A stretch of 64,000 nucleotides of DNA from Treponema sp. GTDB lineage: Bacteria > Spirochaetota > Spirochaetia > Treponematales > Breznakiellaceae. The notes beneath the pieces are model-generated. The model was not told the origin of the DNA. It was given only the letters and a program-made list of their open reading frames with translations, and searched no databases. The stretch spans positions 34,655 to 98,654 of the forward strand of contig JAISAQ010000056.1 in NCBI GenBank assembly GCA_031266775.1, given 5' to 3'. Each line of letters starts with the position of its first letter. Position 1 is the first letter of the stretch. The position numbers were made by a program, and so were the translations under genes. This document shows positions 36,961 to 47,109 of this stretch, in pieces.

Positions 36961-38139
36961 TCAATGAAGATATTCAAGGGGATTTACCGCCTTCCCGTTT
37001 TTGAAAACGGCAAAATGAAGATGAGGGCCGGTACTGTAGCCGGTGCTTCCCGCCTCTCCGATCTTCGAGCCCTGATTTACCTCTGCGTCCTTCTTTACCG
37101 AGACAACGCGAAGGTGGGCGTACAGGGTCTGGTAGCCGCCGCCGTGGCTTATGATGATGTAGTTGCCGTAGGTCGCGTTGTACCCTACCGACGAAATTTT
37201 TCCGTCCATGGCGGCCCTTACCGGCGTGCCGGCGGAAGCGGCAAGATCTATCGCGGCGTGATAGCGCCGCACCCCGCTGATGGGATCGTCCCGCCAGCCG
37301 TAGGGGCTTGTAAGCCTTCCCCTTATGGGATACACAAACAGTTCCCCAAGGGCAAGTTTCAGTTCCTCGGTTTTCATGCGGGCGCCGGGAATAAAGAGCA
37401 CCGTTCCCCCGCTTATGCCGTCGCTCTCTATGTCGTTGGCATCGAGTATCGCCTCAAGCGGGGTCTTGAACGACGCGGAAATTTTTGAAAGACTGTCGCC
37501 ATTTTTTACCGTATAGGGAATACCGTCCATGTTCGGGATGCGCAGCGTCTGGCCTTCGCGAAGCCTGCGCACGTTGGTAATACCGTTGCAGGCTATTACC
37601 GCGTCCATGGAAATGCCGTGATCGGCCGCTATTTTTGAAACGGAATCGCCACGCCTCACCTTGTAGGAGGACCAGGAAAAGGTTTCCATAAGATCGAGGG
37701 GAATATCGTCCCCCGCGGCCTCCGGGGGGAGGAGTCCCGCGTAGGAAGCGAGGTTATGGCCATAGCCGCCGTCTTCTTCCGGCTGGGGAAGGGGGGGCTG
37801 TTCCCAGGGAAGGGAAAAAGAGGGATCGAAAACAAGGGCCAGAACCGAAAAACCCGCGAGGACGGCGATGATAAAGGCCGGAATAATTCCGCCGGGACGT
37901 ATGACGCCGGAAAGGGCGCGGGCAATTTTTTCCCCGAAGATCCCCCGTTTTCCGGTAAAGCCGAAGGAAAAAGCCGCGCTCCTTTTTTTTACGCGCGCAA
38001 CGCGGCGGGTCCTGGCCGGTTTCTGTTTGATATGGACGCTCTTTGTCCGGGAATCCTGCCGGTATGTCATGGCTGCCGAAAGCAGCGAAGGTTTCTTTCT
38101 GGGTTTGACACGCTGGCCGGCGATGAGATCCCGTATCAT
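36961..38139 (-). CDS. LysM-domain M23 family metallopeptidase
   Basis: 392 aa. Membrane anchor, two LysM repeats (YKVRRGDSVSKIAADHG.. and YTVKNGDSLSKISASF..), and M23 motifs H.AIDLA and GSTG.STGPHLHF. Confidence 0.85.
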   Translation of the reverse strand: MIRDLIAGQRVKPRKKPSLLSAAMTYRQDSRTKSVHIKQKPARTRRVARVKKRSAAFSFGFTGKRGIFGEKIARALSGVIRPGGIIPAFIIAVLAGFSVLALVFDPSFSLPWEQPPLPQPEEDGGYGHNLASYAGLLPPEAAGDDIPLDLMETFSWSSYKVRRGDSVSKIAADHGISMDAVIACNGITNVRRLREGQTLRIPNMDGIPYTVKNGDSLSKISASFKTPLEAILDANDIESDGISGGTVLFIPGARMKTEELKLALGELFVYPIRGRLTSPYGWRDDPISGVRRYHAAIDLAASAGTPVRAAMDGKISSVGYNATYGNYIIISHGGGYQTLYAHLRVVSVKKDAEVNQGSKIGEAGSTGYSTGPHLHFAVFKNGKAVNPLEYLH

Positions 38140-38166
38140 ACTGGTTTATCGACATAAAGAGGCCGA

Positions 38167-38559
38167 ATGATTATACTTGCCGGTATGAGAAGGGCGGTCT
38201 TCTGTGCCTTTATCCTGGGAGGGGTGCTGAAATTTTTTGTTTTTGATCTGATGATTGCCGAGGGAAAATCCATGGAGCCTTCCATCAGGACGGGAACGGT
38301 GCTTGTGGTAAACCGTCTGGTTTACGGCTTCCGTTTTCCCTGGATGAAGACATACCTTGTAAGATGGGCGCTGCCCAGGCCGGGGGATGTGGTGATTTTT
38401 CACGCCCCCGGCAGCGGCGTCGCGGTAAAACGGTGCGTGGAAATCGCGGAGGGACATTTCATGGCCCTTGGGGACAACGGCCCTCTGTCATTTGATTCCC
38501 GGTCCTACGGCCCGGTTCCGGTGGATTGCATCATCGGCAAGGCGCTGGGCGTTAAATGA
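38167..38559 (+). CDS. Minimal S26 family signal peptidase I-like protein
   Basis: 130 aa. N-terminal TM, GKSMEPS (Ser nucleophile), GDVV.F, VKRCV (Lys base), and GDNGPLSFDSRSYGPV. The stop overlaps the PBP start (ATGA at 38556-38559). Confidence 0.75.
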   Translation: MIILAGMRRAVFCAFILGGVLKFFVFDLMIAEGKSMEPSIRTGTVLVVNRLVYGFRFPWMKTYLVRWALPRPGDVVIFHAPGSGVAVKRCVEIAEGHFMALGDNGPLSFDSRSYGPVPVDCIIGKALGVK

Positions 38560-40406
38560 ACAGCCGGAAAAAAGGCCGTTTTCTGATTTTTATTTCACTC
38601 TTTTCCCTCGCCGCCCTGGGGGTATTGATACGCTACGGCTCCCTCATGATAGGGAAGGGAGGGCCTGTGTCCCGGCCCCGTTCCCGCGGCCTTGCCGGAC
38701 GCGGTTCCATTCTGGACCGTAACGGACGCGTACTGGCCCTGCAGACAAGGCTTGCCAACATCAGCGTGTGGCGGCCCGAGATTGCCGGCGTTGAGGAACT
38801 GGCCCGGGAACTGGAGCCCGTTCTTGAAATGCCCCCGGAAGAAATCGCCTCCCGCATACGGGAATCTTCCGGCGATTTTGTCTACCTGAAAAAACAGGTT
38901 GACGAATCCGCGGTAAAGCTTATTGAAGAGGCGCAGGCACAGGGAAGGCTCAAGGGCGTAGGCATAGAGCCCATTGTCGGCCGCATCTACCCGGAACGGA
39001 GCCTTGCGGCGGGGATCCTCGGGTTTACCGGCGACGGCAACAACGGGCTCGCGGGAATTGAATACGCCTTTGAGGACGATCTTGTTTCCCCGGACGGCGG
39101 GCCAGGCGGGCAGGTGATCCTTACCATTGACGCCAATGTACAGTACATTCTTGAACGCACGGGCCGCGGCATACTCGAGGAAACCGGGGCGGAGGCGGTG
39201 ATATTCATGGCCGCCGATCCGAGAACCGGCGACATACTCGGGTCCGCTTCCCTTCCCGGTTTTGATCCCAACAATTTTCAGTCGTTCTCCGATTCGGCCC
39301 GCATGGACAGGCCGGCGATCTGGGCCTACGAGCCAGGATCGGTTTTCAAGGTCTTTTCGCTGTCCGCCTTCCTTGACTCAGGCGCCATAGGGGAAGATAC
39401 GGTTTTTTTCTGCAACGGCCGCTATGAACGGACAACAAGCCGCGGCGAAACCATTCTTATTAATTGCCTGGGGGCGCACGGCAGGGTTACGGCAAGGGAC
39501 ATCATCATCCATTCCTGCAACGCCGGCGCGGCCTACGCTTCGGACAGGCTTTCGGGGAATTCGTTTTACGAACTCCTGCGGAACTACGGGTTCGGAACCC
39601 GCACCGGCGCGGGCAATCCCGGTGAAACGGCCGGTTTCCTCCGGCCTGTCGAACGCTGGTCGGAACGGAGCAAGCCCACCATAGCCATGGGACAGGAGAT
39701 AGCCGTCTCGGCGCTCCAGATGATCCAGGCGGCCGCGGCGGTCGCCAACGACGGCATCCTTGTTCCCCCCCGCATCGTCTCCCGCGTCGTTTCCGCCGAT
39801 GGAAAAAACATCAGAACAATAGAGGCGGGGCCTCCGCGCCGCGTCCTTAAAAGCGAAACGGCCCGCACGATGCGGGGGTACATGGCCGACGTTACTTCCA
39901 GCATAGGAACCGGCTGGCGGGCCAGCGTGGAAGATCTTTCCCTCGCGGTAAAAACAGGTACCGCCCAGATCATCGATCCCCGGACCGGCTCTTATTCCGA
40001 AACCGACTTTATCTCAAGCTGCATCGCCCTGCTTCCCGCCGAATCGCCCTCGCTCGTGCTGTACCTTGTAATCGTAAAACCAAGGGGGGAGTACCTTGGG
40101 GGCCGTATCGCCGCGCCGCCCATACGCGAGGCCGCGGAAGAACTGGTCGACTATCTTGGCATACCGCGGGGCAGAAACCCCCAGGTTTCCCATTCGGGCA
40201 CGGTGGATATTTCCCCTGAAACGCTCCCCTCCTTTGACGGCGCTGTCCCCGATCTCCGCGGCCTTTCCAAACGGGCGCTGCTCCCCCTCCTCCTCCGCGA
40301 CGACATCAATCTGGAAATCCGGGGGAACGGCTGGGTACGGCGCCAGGACCCGCCGCCGGGAACGCCGCTTGAAAACGGAGGGTTGATCGTGGTGGAACTG
40401 GAATGA
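38556..40406 (+). CDS. Class B penicillin-binding protein (FtsI/PBP2x-like transpeptidase) with a C-terminal PASTA domain
   Basis: 616 aa. Membrane anchor, dimerisation domain, GSVFK (SxxK), SCN (SxN), KTGT, and a PASTA-like final 65 aa. Confidence 0.9.
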   Translation: MNSRKKGRFLIFISLFSLAALGVLIRYGSLMIGKGGPVSRPRSRGLAGRGSILDRNGRVLALQTRLANISVWRPEIAGVEELARELEPVLEMPPEEIASRIRESSGDFVYLKKQVDESAVKLIEEAQAQGRLKGVGIEPIVGRIYPERSLAAGILGFTGDGNNGLAGIEYAFEDDLVSPDGGPGGQVILTIDANVQYILERTGRGILEETGAEAVIFMAADPRTGDILGSASLPGFDPNNFQSFSDSARMDRPAIWAYEPGSVFKVFSLSAFLDSGAIGEDTVFFCNGRYERTTSRGETILINCLGAHGRVTARDIIIHSCNAGAAYASDRLSGNSFYELLRNYGFGTRTGAGNPGETAGFLRPVERWSERSKPTIAMGQEIAVSALQMIQAAAAVANDGILVPPRIVSRVVSADGKNIRTIEAGPPRRVLKSETARTMRGYMADVTSSIGTGWRASVEDLSLAVKTGTAQIIDPRTGSYSETDFISSCIALLPAESPSLVLYLVIVKPRGEYLGGRIAAPPIREAAEELVDYLGIPRGRNPQVSHSGTVDISPETLPSFDGAVPDLRGLSKRALLPLLLRDDINLEIRGNGWVRRQDPPPGTPLENGGLIVVELE

Positions 40407-42364
40407 CCTTCTGGGAACTCAACAGGGACTGTCTTCATAAAAATTATCCGGGCCTTGCCGGGGAGCTTGAAAAGGCCTTTCGAACAGAAAAAGAGGGGAA
40501 CGCCGAATGGCCGGGGGACCCCGCGTCCATAACCGTGAAAGAAGCCGGGGAAAACAGGGACATGATCATCCTTGGCCGCCATGTCCATTCGCCCCGCGAT
40601 CCGGTACGGGAGGCCGAACGGCTTGCCGCGAGCCTTCCTTCGGGGACCGGGCCCGTCGTTGTGCTCGGCTTCGGTCTGGGATACGGCGCGGAGGCTGTTT
40701 CCCGCTTCATGCCGGGCCGGCCCCTTGTTATAGCGGAACGCCATCCTTCGGTGCTGAAAAGGGCCCTTGAGGAACGGGATCTGCGGGAATTCCTTTCGGC
40801 GCAAAGGATCATCTTTGTTATAGGCGGAAACGGCGGGGGGATCGTTTCGGCCCTTGCCCTCCTTGAAAAAAGCCCGGAGGAGGCCGGGGAAAAACCTCCC
40901 GCCGCGCCTGTTATCCTTAAAAACCGCACGCTGGCGGATCTTAACCCGTCCTGGTACGGGCACGCCGAAAGCATTATCCACACATGGGCTTCGCGGGACG
41001 ACGTCAACCTTGCCACCCAGCGGCGTTTCGGAAGGCGCTGGGTCCGCAACCTTTCCCGCAACATGACCGCCATCCGCGATCTTCCCGGCATATCGGGCCT
41101 GGCCGGCCTGGCCGGCCAGGCGCGGGCCGGGGCGGGAGGGGGGGCGCTTCCCGTGTTTCTCGCCGCCGCCGGGCCGTCGCTTGACCGCGCGGGCCCCCTG
41201 CTTTCCGAAATCGCCAAACGCTGCATCGTAACGGCGGCCGACACCAGCCTCCGCTTTCTCCTTAAACAGGGAATCGCCGCGGATTTTGTCCTTGTCGTCG
41301 ATCCCCAGTTCTGGAACTGCCGCCATCTTGACCGCTGCCCCTCGCCGCGCACGCGGCTTGTCGCCGAATCGGCGGTCTACCCTCCAGTTCTTGAAGGGGC
41401 GCCGTTCAGGGAAACGTACCTCTGCGGCAGCCTCTTTCCGCTGGGGCGGTTTATGGAAAACCGGGTGGACCCCAAAGGCGCGCTGGGCGCGGGCGGATCT
41501 GTCGCCACTACCGCGTGGGACTTTGCCCGCGCGCTGGGGGCGGAGGAAATCTGGACGGCCGGGCTGGATCTTTCCTTTCCGGGACTAAAGACCCACTACA
41601 GGGGAGCGGTTTTTGAGGAAAAGAACCTCGCCGAATCCACGCGGCTAAACCCTGCCGAAACGGGAGCGGCAAGAGCCCTGCGCGACGGCGCTCCTTTCAA
41701 AACCCGGTCCGCCTGCGGCGGGGAGGTCCTTACCGACAGGAGGCTTTCCCTTTATGCGGCGTGGTTTGAAAACCGTTTCAGGGAATACCCCGGCGTACGG
41801 AACTACCGCCTCTTTCCGGAGGGAGCCGCCGTGGACGGGCTTGTTAACGCGGAGCCGGAGGCGCTTCTTGCCCTTCCGGAAAGGCGGGACGAGATAGAAG
41901 AACGGCTCGAGGCGGCCTCCCTCGCCGTCGGGGAAGCGTTCGGCGCGCCCGGAGAATCGCGGGAAAGGGCGGAACGGTACGAAAAGGCCCGCGCTTCCCT
42001 TCTGGAAGGGCTGCGGCGTATACGGGATGACGCAAAAGAGGGGGCAAAGACCGCCGAAGACGCCTTTGAACGGAGAGGGAACAGAGAGGAAACTCTCAAG
42101 GCTCTTGACCGCGTTAACAGGAGAATCGCCCGAAGCGAAGTGAAGGATGTCGCCGGTTTTCTTTTTCCGCCGGAACGCGAACTTGAGGCGGCCCTTGAAA
42201 CCGCGAAGGAGGACCGCTACGGGCGCCATCTGGAGTATTCATCGGCGCTGTACCGGGCCCTTGCCGAAGCGGCGGACTACAACGTGCGGATACTGGCGGA
42301 AGGGAAAAAAACGGCGGAGAAAAAGGGGGTTTTTCCTCAAGTTCCCCAAAAACGGAACCGATAA
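40403..42364 (+). CDS. MptE-like/DUF115 protein (motility-associated factor Maf-type putative glycosyltransferase)
   Basis: 653 aa: ...VVDPQFWN.RHL......ESAVYP...GGSVATTAWDFARALGAEEIWTAGLDLSFP..KTHY. The start overlaps the PBP stop. Confidence 0.7.
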   Translation: MTFWELNRDCLHKNYPGLAGELEKAFRTEKEGNAEWPGDPASITVKEAGENRDMIILGRHVHSPRDPVREAERLAASLPSGTGPVVVLGFGLGYGAEAVSRFMPGRPLVIAERHPSVLKRALEERDLREFLSAQRIIFVIGGNGGGIVSALALLEKSPEEAGEKPPAAPVILKNRTLADLNPSWYGHAESIIHTWASRDDVNLATQRRFGRRWVRNLSRNMTAIRDLPGISGLAGLAGQARAGAGGGALPVFLAAAGPSLDRAGPLLSEIAKRCIVTAADTSLRFLLKQGIAADFVLVVDPQFWNCRHLDRCPSPRTRLVAESAVYPPVLEGAPFRETYLCGSLFPLGRFMENRVDPKGALGAGGSVATTAWDFARALGAEEIWTAGLDLSFPGLKTHYRGAVFEEKNLAESTRLNPAETGAARALRDGAPFKTRSACGGEVLTDRRLSLYAAWFENRFREYPGVRNYRLFPEGAAVDGLVNAEPEALLALPERRDEIEERLEAASLAVGEAFGAPGESRERAERYEKARASLLEGLRRIRDDAKEGAKTAEDAFERRGNREETLKALDRVNRRIARSEVKDVAGFLFPPERELEAALETAKEDRYGRHLEYSSALYRALAEAADYNVRILAEGKKTAEKKGVFPQVPQKRNR

Positions 42365-42400
42365 GGAATATGACGGGAGGGTAATCCCCCCTGAAAATCA

Positions 42401-42441
42401 GACGGTGCGCGTTCCGACGTCCAGGCGCATCGTCTTTTTTT
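42401..42441 (+). terminator. Rho-independent terminator after the DUF115 gene
   Basis: GACGGTGCGC (42401-42410), 14-nt loop, GCGCATCGTC (42425-42434), with one G-U pair, followed by TTTTTTT. Confidence 0.6.
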
Positions 42442-43660
42442 ATGCCTCCTGCCGGTAGTGCTCCAGAAAAACGCCGAGCCGCCGTATGGCGGTGGCAAGG
42501 GTTTCCCTGTCGGGAAGAAAAACAATGCGGAAATGATCGGGGGCCTTCCAGTTAAAGCCGGTGCCCTGCACGAGGAGTATGCGCTGTTCCCGGAGCAGAT
42601 CAAACACAAAACGTTCGTCGTCGGTGATGTTGAAACGGCCGGCGTCCATTTTGGGAAAGCAGTACAGGGCGCCTTTGGGAGTCACCACCGAAAGGCCGGG
42701 AATGGAGTTGACAAGGCTCACCGCTACATCCCGCTGTTCCCGCAGCCTTCCGCCGGGAAGCACCAGATCGTTGATGCTCTGATAGCCGCCAAGGGCGGTC
42801 TGTATGCCGAACTGGGCGGGCACATTGGAACAGATCCGCATGTTGGAAAGCATGTCGAGCCCTTCGCGGTAACCGGCGGCGGCTTTTTTGTTTCCCGACA
42901 GGCCCATCCAGCCCGCCCGGAATCCCGCGGCCCGGTACGCCTTTGAAAGGCCGTTAAAGGTAACAGTAAGAACATCAGGCTCTATAAGGGCCATGGGCGT
43001 GTGCCTGGCACCGTCGTAGATGATACGGTCGTAGATTTCGTCGCTGTAGATGATAAGTTCGTGTTCCAGCGCCACACGGCCGATTTCCTCCAAAACGGAA
43101 CGGTCGTACACCGCCCCGGTGGGGTTGTTGGGGTTGATCACCACAACGGCCTTTGTCCGGGCGCTTACTTTGGACCTGATGTCCGCAATGTCGGGATTCC
43201 AGCCGGCGTCTTCGTCGCACACATAATGAACGGCCCTGCCGCCTGCAAGAGTCACCGCGGCGGTCCACAGGGGGTAATCGGGCATGGGAAGCAGCACCTC
43301 GTCGCCGGAGTTGAGAAGCCCCTGCATCGCCATAACAATGAGTTCGCTTACCCCGTTGCCTATGAAGATGTCGTCCACGCCAACATCCATGACGCCTTTT
43401 GACTGGAAGTCCTGCATGACGGCCTTCCTCGCGGGGAAGATCCCCTGCGAATCGCCGTAGCCCTGCGCCGCGGGCATGTTGACAATGATGTCGTGAAGAA
43501 TCTCGTCGGGGGCGTTAAAACCAAAAGGCGCCGGGTTGCCTATGTTGAGTTTGAGAATGCGGAAGCCTTCCGATTCGAGCCTTTTGGCCTCCTTGAGCGC
43601 CGGCCCGCGTATGTCGTAGCAGACATCGTTCAGCTTCGCCGATTTTTCATACGATTTCAT
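42440..43660 (-). CDS. alaA: Alanine (glutamate-pyruvate) aminotransferase, AlaA type
   Basis: 406 aa. Collinear with E. coli AlaA as I recall it: KSAKLNDVCYDIRGP.LKEAKRLE.EG..ILKLNIGNPAPFGF.APDEIL, FNGLSKAYRAAGFR.GWM, RLREQRD. Confidence 0.85.
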   Translation of the reverse strand: MKSYEKSAKLNDVCYDIRGPALKEAKRLESEGFRILKLNIGNPAPFGFNAPDEILHDIIVNMPAAQGYGDSQGIFPARKAVMQDFQSKGVMDVGVDDIFIGNGVSELIVMAMQGLLNSGDEVLLPMPDYPLWTAAVTLAGGRAVHYVCDEDAGWNPDIADIRSKVSARTKAVVVINPNNPTGAVYDRSVLEEIGRVALEHELIIYSDEIYDRIIYDGARHTPMALIEPDVLTVTFNGLSKAYRAAGFRAGWMGLSGNKKAAAGYREGLDMLSNMRICSNVPAQFGIQTALGGYQSINDLVLPGGRLREQRDVAVSLVNSIPGLSVVTPKGALYCFPKMDAGRFNITDDERFVFDLLREQRILLVQGTGFNWKAPDHFRIVFLPDRETLATAIRRLGVFLEHYRQEA

Positions 43661-43666
43661 GCAAAC

Positions 43667-44527
43667 CTACCGTGACTCAAAAAGCCAGTTTCCGGCTTCG
43701 TCAAAATATTTCCGCAGAACGGCGGCGTGGACTTCGGTTTCCAGCCTGGCCGTTTCCTTTTTCCAGAGCGAAAGCGTCTTAAGCGATTCCCTGACCCGCT
43801 TCCTGCCCTCTTCGGCGGCCTCCGCGGAGATGAGGGGATCTTCGGCGTTTTTCCGCAGGGTTCCCGAAAGAAAATAGGCCGAAAGGCCGGTAACAAGCGC
43901 GTCGGGCGATTCAAAGACCATGCTCCTGAACACCGGGGCAGCCTTGTCAAACTGCCGCGAAAGGAGCAGCGAAAAACCGTAGTACCAGCGTATCCACTGG
44001 GCGTCACTGCCCTTCCCCGCCCCTTTTTCAAGCCTCCGGGAAAAAAAATTCACGGCCCCCGCCGTATCGCCGGAAAGAATGCGCGCCGCGCCGAAAACAA
44101 GGGCGTTTTTTTCGACCAGGGAAGGCCGCGCGAACGAGGTCTTGTTTTCAAGGTTCAGCACCGCCGCCGAATCGGACATTACAAGGTAGGTGTTGGCCAA
44201 AAGCCGCACCAGGCGGGACGAATAACGGCCCCTTCTTATTACCTTTAACTCAAGATAATCGGCAAGCGCCGGCCAGTCTTCCCGTTCAAGAAGGCGGTAC
44301 AGCCTGCTGTTAAGGGCGTAAAAAATGTCAAGAAAGAGGAGGACGGCGGCAAGGACAGCGCCCATGGGCCAGGCCGAACGCCAGAAACCGGCGCTGAAAC
44401 CGGGACCCAGAACAAGAAGGGGCATAAACATCATAATCAGTAGAAAAAAAACGATGAGTATGTTAAAGATGATAAAGATGGATTTGAATTTCAAGAGGAA
44501 TACTCCTATAATGAGAGGCAGTTCCAA
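43667..44527 (-). CDS. Hypothetical membrane protein (two N-terminal TM helices plus a helical repeat domain)
   Basis: 286 aa with a HemY_N-like topology. No confident family assignment. Confidence 0.5.
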   Translation of the reverse strand: MELPLIIGVFLLKFKSIFIIFNILIVFFLLIMMFMPLLVLGPGFSAGFWRSAWPMGAVLAAVLLFLDIFYALNSRLYRLLEREDWPALADYLELKVIRRGRYSSRLVRLLANTYLVMSDSAAVLNLENKTSFARPSLVEKNALVFGAARILSGDTAGAVNFFSRRLEKGAGKGSDAQWIRWYYGFSLLLSRQFDKAAPVFRSMVFESPDALVTGLSAYFLSGTLRKNAEDPLISAEAAEEGRKRVRESLKTLSLWKKETARLETEVHAAVLRKYFDEAGNWLFESR

Positions 44528-44641
44528 AATGCCGGATTGCGGAACCGCAGCTTATGAAAACCACAAGGTAATGATAATGATAAAAGAAAGAAAGAGGCGC
44601 GTCAACAATGACCGCCGCGCGGGCGGAGAACAGGGGCGGGA

Positions 44642-45784
44642 ATGAAAAATTATTTTCTTAAAGACATTCCTCCTGACAGCTACTTTACCAGGACAGTGTA
44701 TCTGGACGACAGGTTTGTTATCGCCGCGCCGGAAATGCCCTTTACCGCGGATCTGGTCAAGATCCTCGGCAGCTGGGAATTCAGGGAGGTCCGAAGCGAA
44801 GGGGAGCCAAGAGAAGACTATGTGGCCGAAGAGACGGCGGCAGAGGAAACCGATCTTTCCTCGATAACAACGCTGGCCGCAAGCGACGCCGACAAGCTCA
44901 AGCGGGCCGAGGAATTTTACGCTTCATTCATGAAATACGTTGAAAAACTCTTTACCCAGGTGGCGATTAAAAATGAACTCAGTTTTAATTCGGTCGCGGA
45001 AAAGATCAAGTCCGTCTGCGAAATAATCAGGGAAGACAGGCGCTTCCTTATGCGGGTGCAGAAGAACATTGAGTCCGGCGGCGATCAGAACTACCTTGCC
45101 TCGCACGCGGTCCGTTCCACCATTTTCGCCGTCATCATAGGCTCCTACCTGAAGCTGCCCAACCACAGGCTCATAGAACTGGGAGTGGCGGCGCTGCTCC
45201 ATGAAATAGGCATGATCAAACTGCCCCCGCAGGTGTACCTTAGCAAACGGCCGCTTAACCCCCAGGAACACAAGGCCATCATTACCCATCCGGTGCTGAG
45301 CTTCAACCTGCTAAAGTCCTTTGATTTTCCCCTGGTGGTAAGCCTTGCCGCCCTTGAGCACCACGAACGCGAAAACGGCTCCGGCTACCCGCAGAAGCTC
45401 ACGTCGGACAAGATAAGCCTTTACGCGAAGATCATCGCCGTGGCCTGCTCCTACGAGGCGCTCAGCGCCAGGCGGCCCCACAAGGAAGCCAAAGACGGTT
45501 ACGCCGGAATGCTGGAACTGCTCAAGAACGAAGGCAAACGCTACGACGATACGGTGGTGCGGGCGCTGGTTTTTTCGCTTTCAATTTACCCCATCGGGCT
45601 TTATGTCCTTCTTTCAAGCGGGAAAAAAGGACAGGTGGTGGACGTGAATCCCGAAAATCCCCGGTACCCTGTCGTGCAGGTTTTTGGGGAGCTTACCCCG
45701 GACGGCAAGAACAAGATCCTTGAAACCTCCCCCGACGGCCTGTACATCGTGCGGCCCCTTACCAGGGAAGAAACGGGCAGCTGA
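44642..45784 (+). CDS. HD-GYP domain phosphohydrolase
   Basis: 380 aa. Motifs: AALLHEIGM and HHERENGSGYPQ. Confidence 0.8.
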   Translation: MKNYFLKDIPPDSYFTRTVYLDDRFVIAAPEMPFTADLVKILGSWEFREVRSEGEPREDYVAEETAAEETDLSSITTLAASDADKLKRAEEFYASFMKYVEKLFTQVAIKNELSFNSVAEKIKSVCEIIREDRRFLMRVQKNIESGGDQNYLASHAVRSTIFAVIIGSYLKLPNHRLIELGVAALLHEIGMIKLPPQVYLSKRPLNPQEHKAIITHPVLSFNLLKSFDFPLVVSLAALEHHERENGSGYPQKLTSDKISLYAKIIAVACSYEALSARRPHKEAKDGYAGMLELLKNEGKRYDDTVVRALVFSLSIYPIGLYVLLSSGKKGQVVDVNPENPRYPVVQVFGELTPDGKNKILETSPDGLYIVRPLTREETGS

Positions 45785-47109
45785 TGGAGGACCCCGGCGG
45801 TACAGGCGCTTTTCCTGAAATTCTGGTCTTCTTCTTCCTGATCTTCCTTGGAGGATTTTTTTCTCTTTTTGAAACCGCCCTTTCTTCCGCCCGGAAGGCA
45901 AGGCTGAGGAAGGCCGCGGAAGAAGGCGGCAAAAAATACCGGCGCGCCCTTGAAGCCGCCGAGTCCCCCCTGCCCCTCTTGGGCGCGGCGCGGATCTGGA
46001 ACACCCTGCTTAGAATACTCGCCGGCGCCACGGCCGGTTTCAGCGTCGCGCAGTACCGTCCCGTGATTTCAGTCTTCGGCGGCCCCTTCGCGGGAGAAGC
46101 CGTCCCGGTCCTTATCCTCCTTGTCCTTTCCCTTGCCGCCGTGATCCTTGGAGACATGATCCCCCGGTTCATCGCCCGCGCCGCGCCGGAACGCGCCGCC
46201 GCCGCCGCCCTTCCCCTCATGGACTTCTTCTGCTTCCTCGGCCGTCCCTTCGCCCTCCTTGCCGGCCGCGTTTCCGCCCTTGCAGGCGCCGCCTTTGATA
46301 CCGGAAAGGAAGATTCCCCGGAAGCCGAGGACGAACTGCGGAACGCCCTTGAGGAAGGGACCCCCGGCGCGGTTAAAAGCCGCGAGCGGACCATGGTGGA
46401 AGGGGTTTTCTACCTTGGAGACAGGCCGGTGGGAACCTTTATGACGCACCGTTCAGAAATACAATGGCTTGATATTCACGCCGGAAGGGAAGAGATGCTC
46501 GCCGCCGCGGCCGCCGCCGGACCGCGGGGCTGCATACCCGTCGCCGACGGCACCCCCGATCAGATAAGGGGCGCGGTGTACCCGGAAGAACTCTACCTGG
46601 CCCTGCTTGGCGGGCTCTCGGGAGGACTTGGCCCCGTAATACGCAAGGTCCGTTTTATCCCCGAAACCATGTCGGCGCTCAAGGCGCTTGAAGCCTTTAG
46701 GGGAGGCGGCGGGGATTATTTTTTTGTCATGGACGAATACGGCGGTTTTGCCGGTATGGTTTCGCTGCGGAATCTTATTGACGAGATCGTTGAAGTTTCC
46801 GGCCCGGACGCCGAAGGAGAAGAAATCGTAAAGCAGGAAGACGGTTCCTGGCTTGCCCCCGGCAGCGTCAACATAGACGACGTTTCCCGCGTTCTTTCAC
46901 TGGAAAGCCCCGCGGGGGATCATCAGGACTACCACACGCTCGCGGGTTTCATCCTTTCGCTTTCGGGGGAAATTCCCCGCGCGGGAGCCGCCTTTGAATC
47001 GTCAGGCTACCGTTTTACCGTAGTGAGCATGGACGGAAACAGGATAGACCGGGTGCGCGTCGAGGCGCTTACGGTTCACGGGGATCAGGATCAGGAACGG
47101 GAACAGTAA
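45784..47109 (+). CDS. Hemolysin/CNNM family protein (DUF21 + CBS pair + CorC_HlyC)
   Basis: 441 aa with 4 TM helices in the N-terminal DUF21 region, V..VMTHRSEI, a CBS pair, and a C-terminal transporter-associated domain. Confidence 0.85.
   Translation: MEDPGGTGAFPEILVFFFLIFLGGFFSLFETALSSARKARLRKAAEEGGKKYRRALEAAESPLPLLGAARIWNTLLRILAGATAGFSVAQYRPVISVFGGPFAGEAVPVLILLVLSLAAVILGDMIPRFIARAAPERAAAAALPLMDFFCFLGRPFALLAGRVSALAGAAFDTGKEDSPEAEDELRNALEEGTPGAVKSRERTMVEGVFYLGDRPVGTFMTHRSEIQWLDIHAGREEMLAAAAAAGPRGCIPVADGTPDQIRGAVYPEELYLALLGGLSGGLGPVIRKVRFIPETMSALKALEAFRGGGGDYFFVMDEYGGFAGMVSLRNLIDEIVEVSGPDAEGEEIVKQEDGSWLAPGSVNIDDVSRVLSLESPAGDHQDYHTLAGFILSLSGEIPRAGAAFESSGYRFTVVSMDGNRIDRVRVEALTVHGDQDQEREQ

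Noticed and set aside
47069-47109. Convergent 3'-end overlaps: hemolysin-family gene with the helicase (41 nt), and symporter with the beta-helix lipoprotein at 50910-50944 (35 nt).
   Set aside because: Such overlaps are common in compact GC-rich genomes where stop codons are rare. There is no evidence of functional significance.
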